Shown piece by piece: positions 37,265-38,726 of a stretch of DNA of 38,726 nt. Source of the stretch: Sulfurimonas sp. (GTDB lineage Bacteria; Campylobacterota; Campylobacteria; Campylobacterales; Sulfurimonadaceae); assembly GCA_027063295.1 (NCBI GenBank), contig JAMORZ010000125.1:1-38726 (forward strand), in the 5' to 3' direction. The notes below the pieces were generated by a model, which saw only the letters and a program-made list of their open reading frames with translations, had not been told where the DNA came from and did not search any database. The translations under genes and the position numbers were made by a program. Position 1 is the first letter of the stretch; every line of letters starts with the position of its first letter.

Positions 37265-38017
37265 TTAGAGTGCTTTTGATTTTTTTAACCCCTCTTGCTT
37301 ATACCCTTTTGCATAAAGATGTGATTCTATAGTCGCTTGTTGGGTTAAAAAGTCACCAAACAAAATAAGAGCGATACCTTTGATATCTTTTACACTCTCT
37401 TGAATATCATCAATACACCCTTTATATATCTTCTCATCTTCCCATGTTGCTTTTTCAACCACCCAACATGGAGTTGTTTTAGCATATCCTAGTTCGTATG
37501 CAGTGTTTTTTAACTTCGATATAAGACGGATTGAAAGATAAAATGCAAAAGATGAGTGTTTGTTTGAAAGAAGCTGTTTTAAACTCTCTGGATTTGGTGT
37601 TTTCCCTGCAACCCTTGAGATGATAAGTGTTTGTGAGATACCAGGGATGGTGTATTCTATTCCAAGTGATGCTGCTGCACCAAATGCCGCACTCACACCT
37701 GGTATAACCTCAAAATCGATTCCATTCTCTTCTAAAAATGCAACCTGTTTTGCTGTTGTTGAAAATAAAGAGCTATCCCCCGTATGTAAACGTACAAAAC
37801 GTTTATGGTGATGCTCTTTGATAAATGCAAAAATATCCTCATAACTCATATCTGCTGAGTTTTCTATCAATGTTCCCTCTTTGCACCAGCTCAAAAGCTC
37901 TTTTGGTACTAAACTTCCAGTATATAAAACAACTTCTGCGTTTTGTAGTGCCTTCATCCCTTTGAGGGTTATAAGTTCAGGATCACCAGGACCTGCTCCA
38001 ACAAATTGTACCATCAC
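37265..38017 (-). CDS. cobM: Precorrin-4 C11-methyltransferase (CobM/CbiF)
   Basis: FVGAGPGDPELITLKG, YTGSLV, RLHTGD, IPGVSA, PGISQTLI. Confidence 0.92.
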   Translation of the reverse strand: MMVQFVGAGPGDPELITLKGMKALQNAEVVLYTGSLVPKELLSWCKEGTLIENSADMSYEDIFAFIKEHHHKRFVRLHTGDSSLFSTTAKQVAFLEENGIDFEVIPGVSAAFGAAASLGIEYTIPGISQTLIISRVAGKTPNPESLKQLLSNKHSSFAFYLSIRLISKLKNTAYELGYAKTTPCWVVEKATWEDEKIYKGCIDDIQESVKDIKGIALILFGDFLTQQATIESHLYAKGYKQEGLKKSKAL

Positions 38018-38726
38018 CTACCCCTTTGAATTTTCTACTGCTCTAAAATGATGCAATACATTTCTAATCTCAACAGCCTTAAACGGTTTTCCTACAAACT
38101 CTGAAAAATACTCATTTGCATCAACTATCTCACCAGATGTTGAAACACTATAAAGTGGATCAAGATCATTTTGCTTTTCATATTCTCTTACTCTTTTCAT
38201 AACCTCTACACCCGAGATAAATGGCATCTTATTGTCGATATATACAATATCATAAGGGGCATTATCACTATATGCTTGTAAAATCATATCTAAAGCACTT
38301 TGACCATCTTTTGCGATCTCTAAGCTACAATACTCATTTTCTAAAATCTTCTCTAACAAAAAGATACTCGTCTTATCATCATCTACAAGTAACACTTTTG
38401 GTATCTTTTGTGTATTGATAAATTTATAAAGCTCATAAGCATAATAATCATAACACGAAATCACTTCACAATGCGCCAAACATCCATCACTTGCTATTGA
38501 AAAAAGTTGTTCTTCTACTATCAATACTTTTTTAAAAGAGTTAAACAACTCCTCCATATCCTCTTGTAATTTATGTTGCATCACAACAAGATGGGTGGAA
38601 TTTTTAAGAGGTATCTTTTCAAATTGATCAACTACAGTCAAATTATTTTTATCTATCCCCATCTTTAAAAGGTATCTTTGGATAGTTTGTACAACACTTA
38701 TATCTTTTTTATCAGTAACTATCGCT
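38018..38726 (-). CDS. Hybrid histidine kinase paralogue, C-terminal part (starts beyond window)
   Basis: Frame stays open upstream of 38662 (AIVTDKKDISVVQTIQRYLLKMGID); REC domain; collinear with C-terminus of 33328..35361. Confidence 0.85.
   Translation of the reverse strand, partial: AIVTDKKDISVVQTIQRYLLKMGIDKNNLTVVDQFEKIPLKNSTHLVVMQHKLQEDMEELFNSFKKVLIVEEQLFSIASDGCLAHCEVISCYDYYAYELYKFINTQKIPKVLLVDDDKTSIFLLEKILENEYCSLEIAKDGQSALDMILQAYSDNAPYDIVYIDNKMPFISGVEVMKRVREYEKQNDLDPLYSVSTSGEIVDANEYFSEFVGKPFKAVEIRNVLHHFRAVENSKG

Overview
AT-rich chromosomal window from a Campylobacterota bacterium, Sulfurimonas-like by gene content (sigma54 TGGAAC-type flagellar promoters, ThyX, two FlgE paralogues); the taxon is inferred. 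Most of it is housekeeping: frdA/frdB-like genes, a sensor kinase, purT, fliK-flgD-flgE2-flgE, dnaG, rpsU, dgt, phnA, a GGDEF protein, thyX, pldA, pcm, nrdB, a soluble CZB chemoreceptor, a YheT hydrolase and an RND pump. The right end holds a signalling cluster (hybrid kinase, PAS, roadblock-like, SixA), an orphan cobM and a second kinase paralogue. The most striking feature is missing from the ORF track: the 16045-16290 intergenic region has a promoter, a terminated ~80-nt RNA whose 5' end is complementary to the SD/start of a downstream 18-aa hydrophobic ORF, twin GGGTAGCTCCC hairpins and possible antisense promoters, i.e. a candidate type I toxin-antitoxin-like module. Also found: a YheT gene with no canonical start, in frame behind the chemoreceptor stop; a decayed MNT/HEPN pair; an FmdE-like pseudogene; and a candidate anti-SD sRNA. 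No tRNA, rRNA, CRISPR array or transposase was seen. Family calls come from motif recognition only; no database searches were run.
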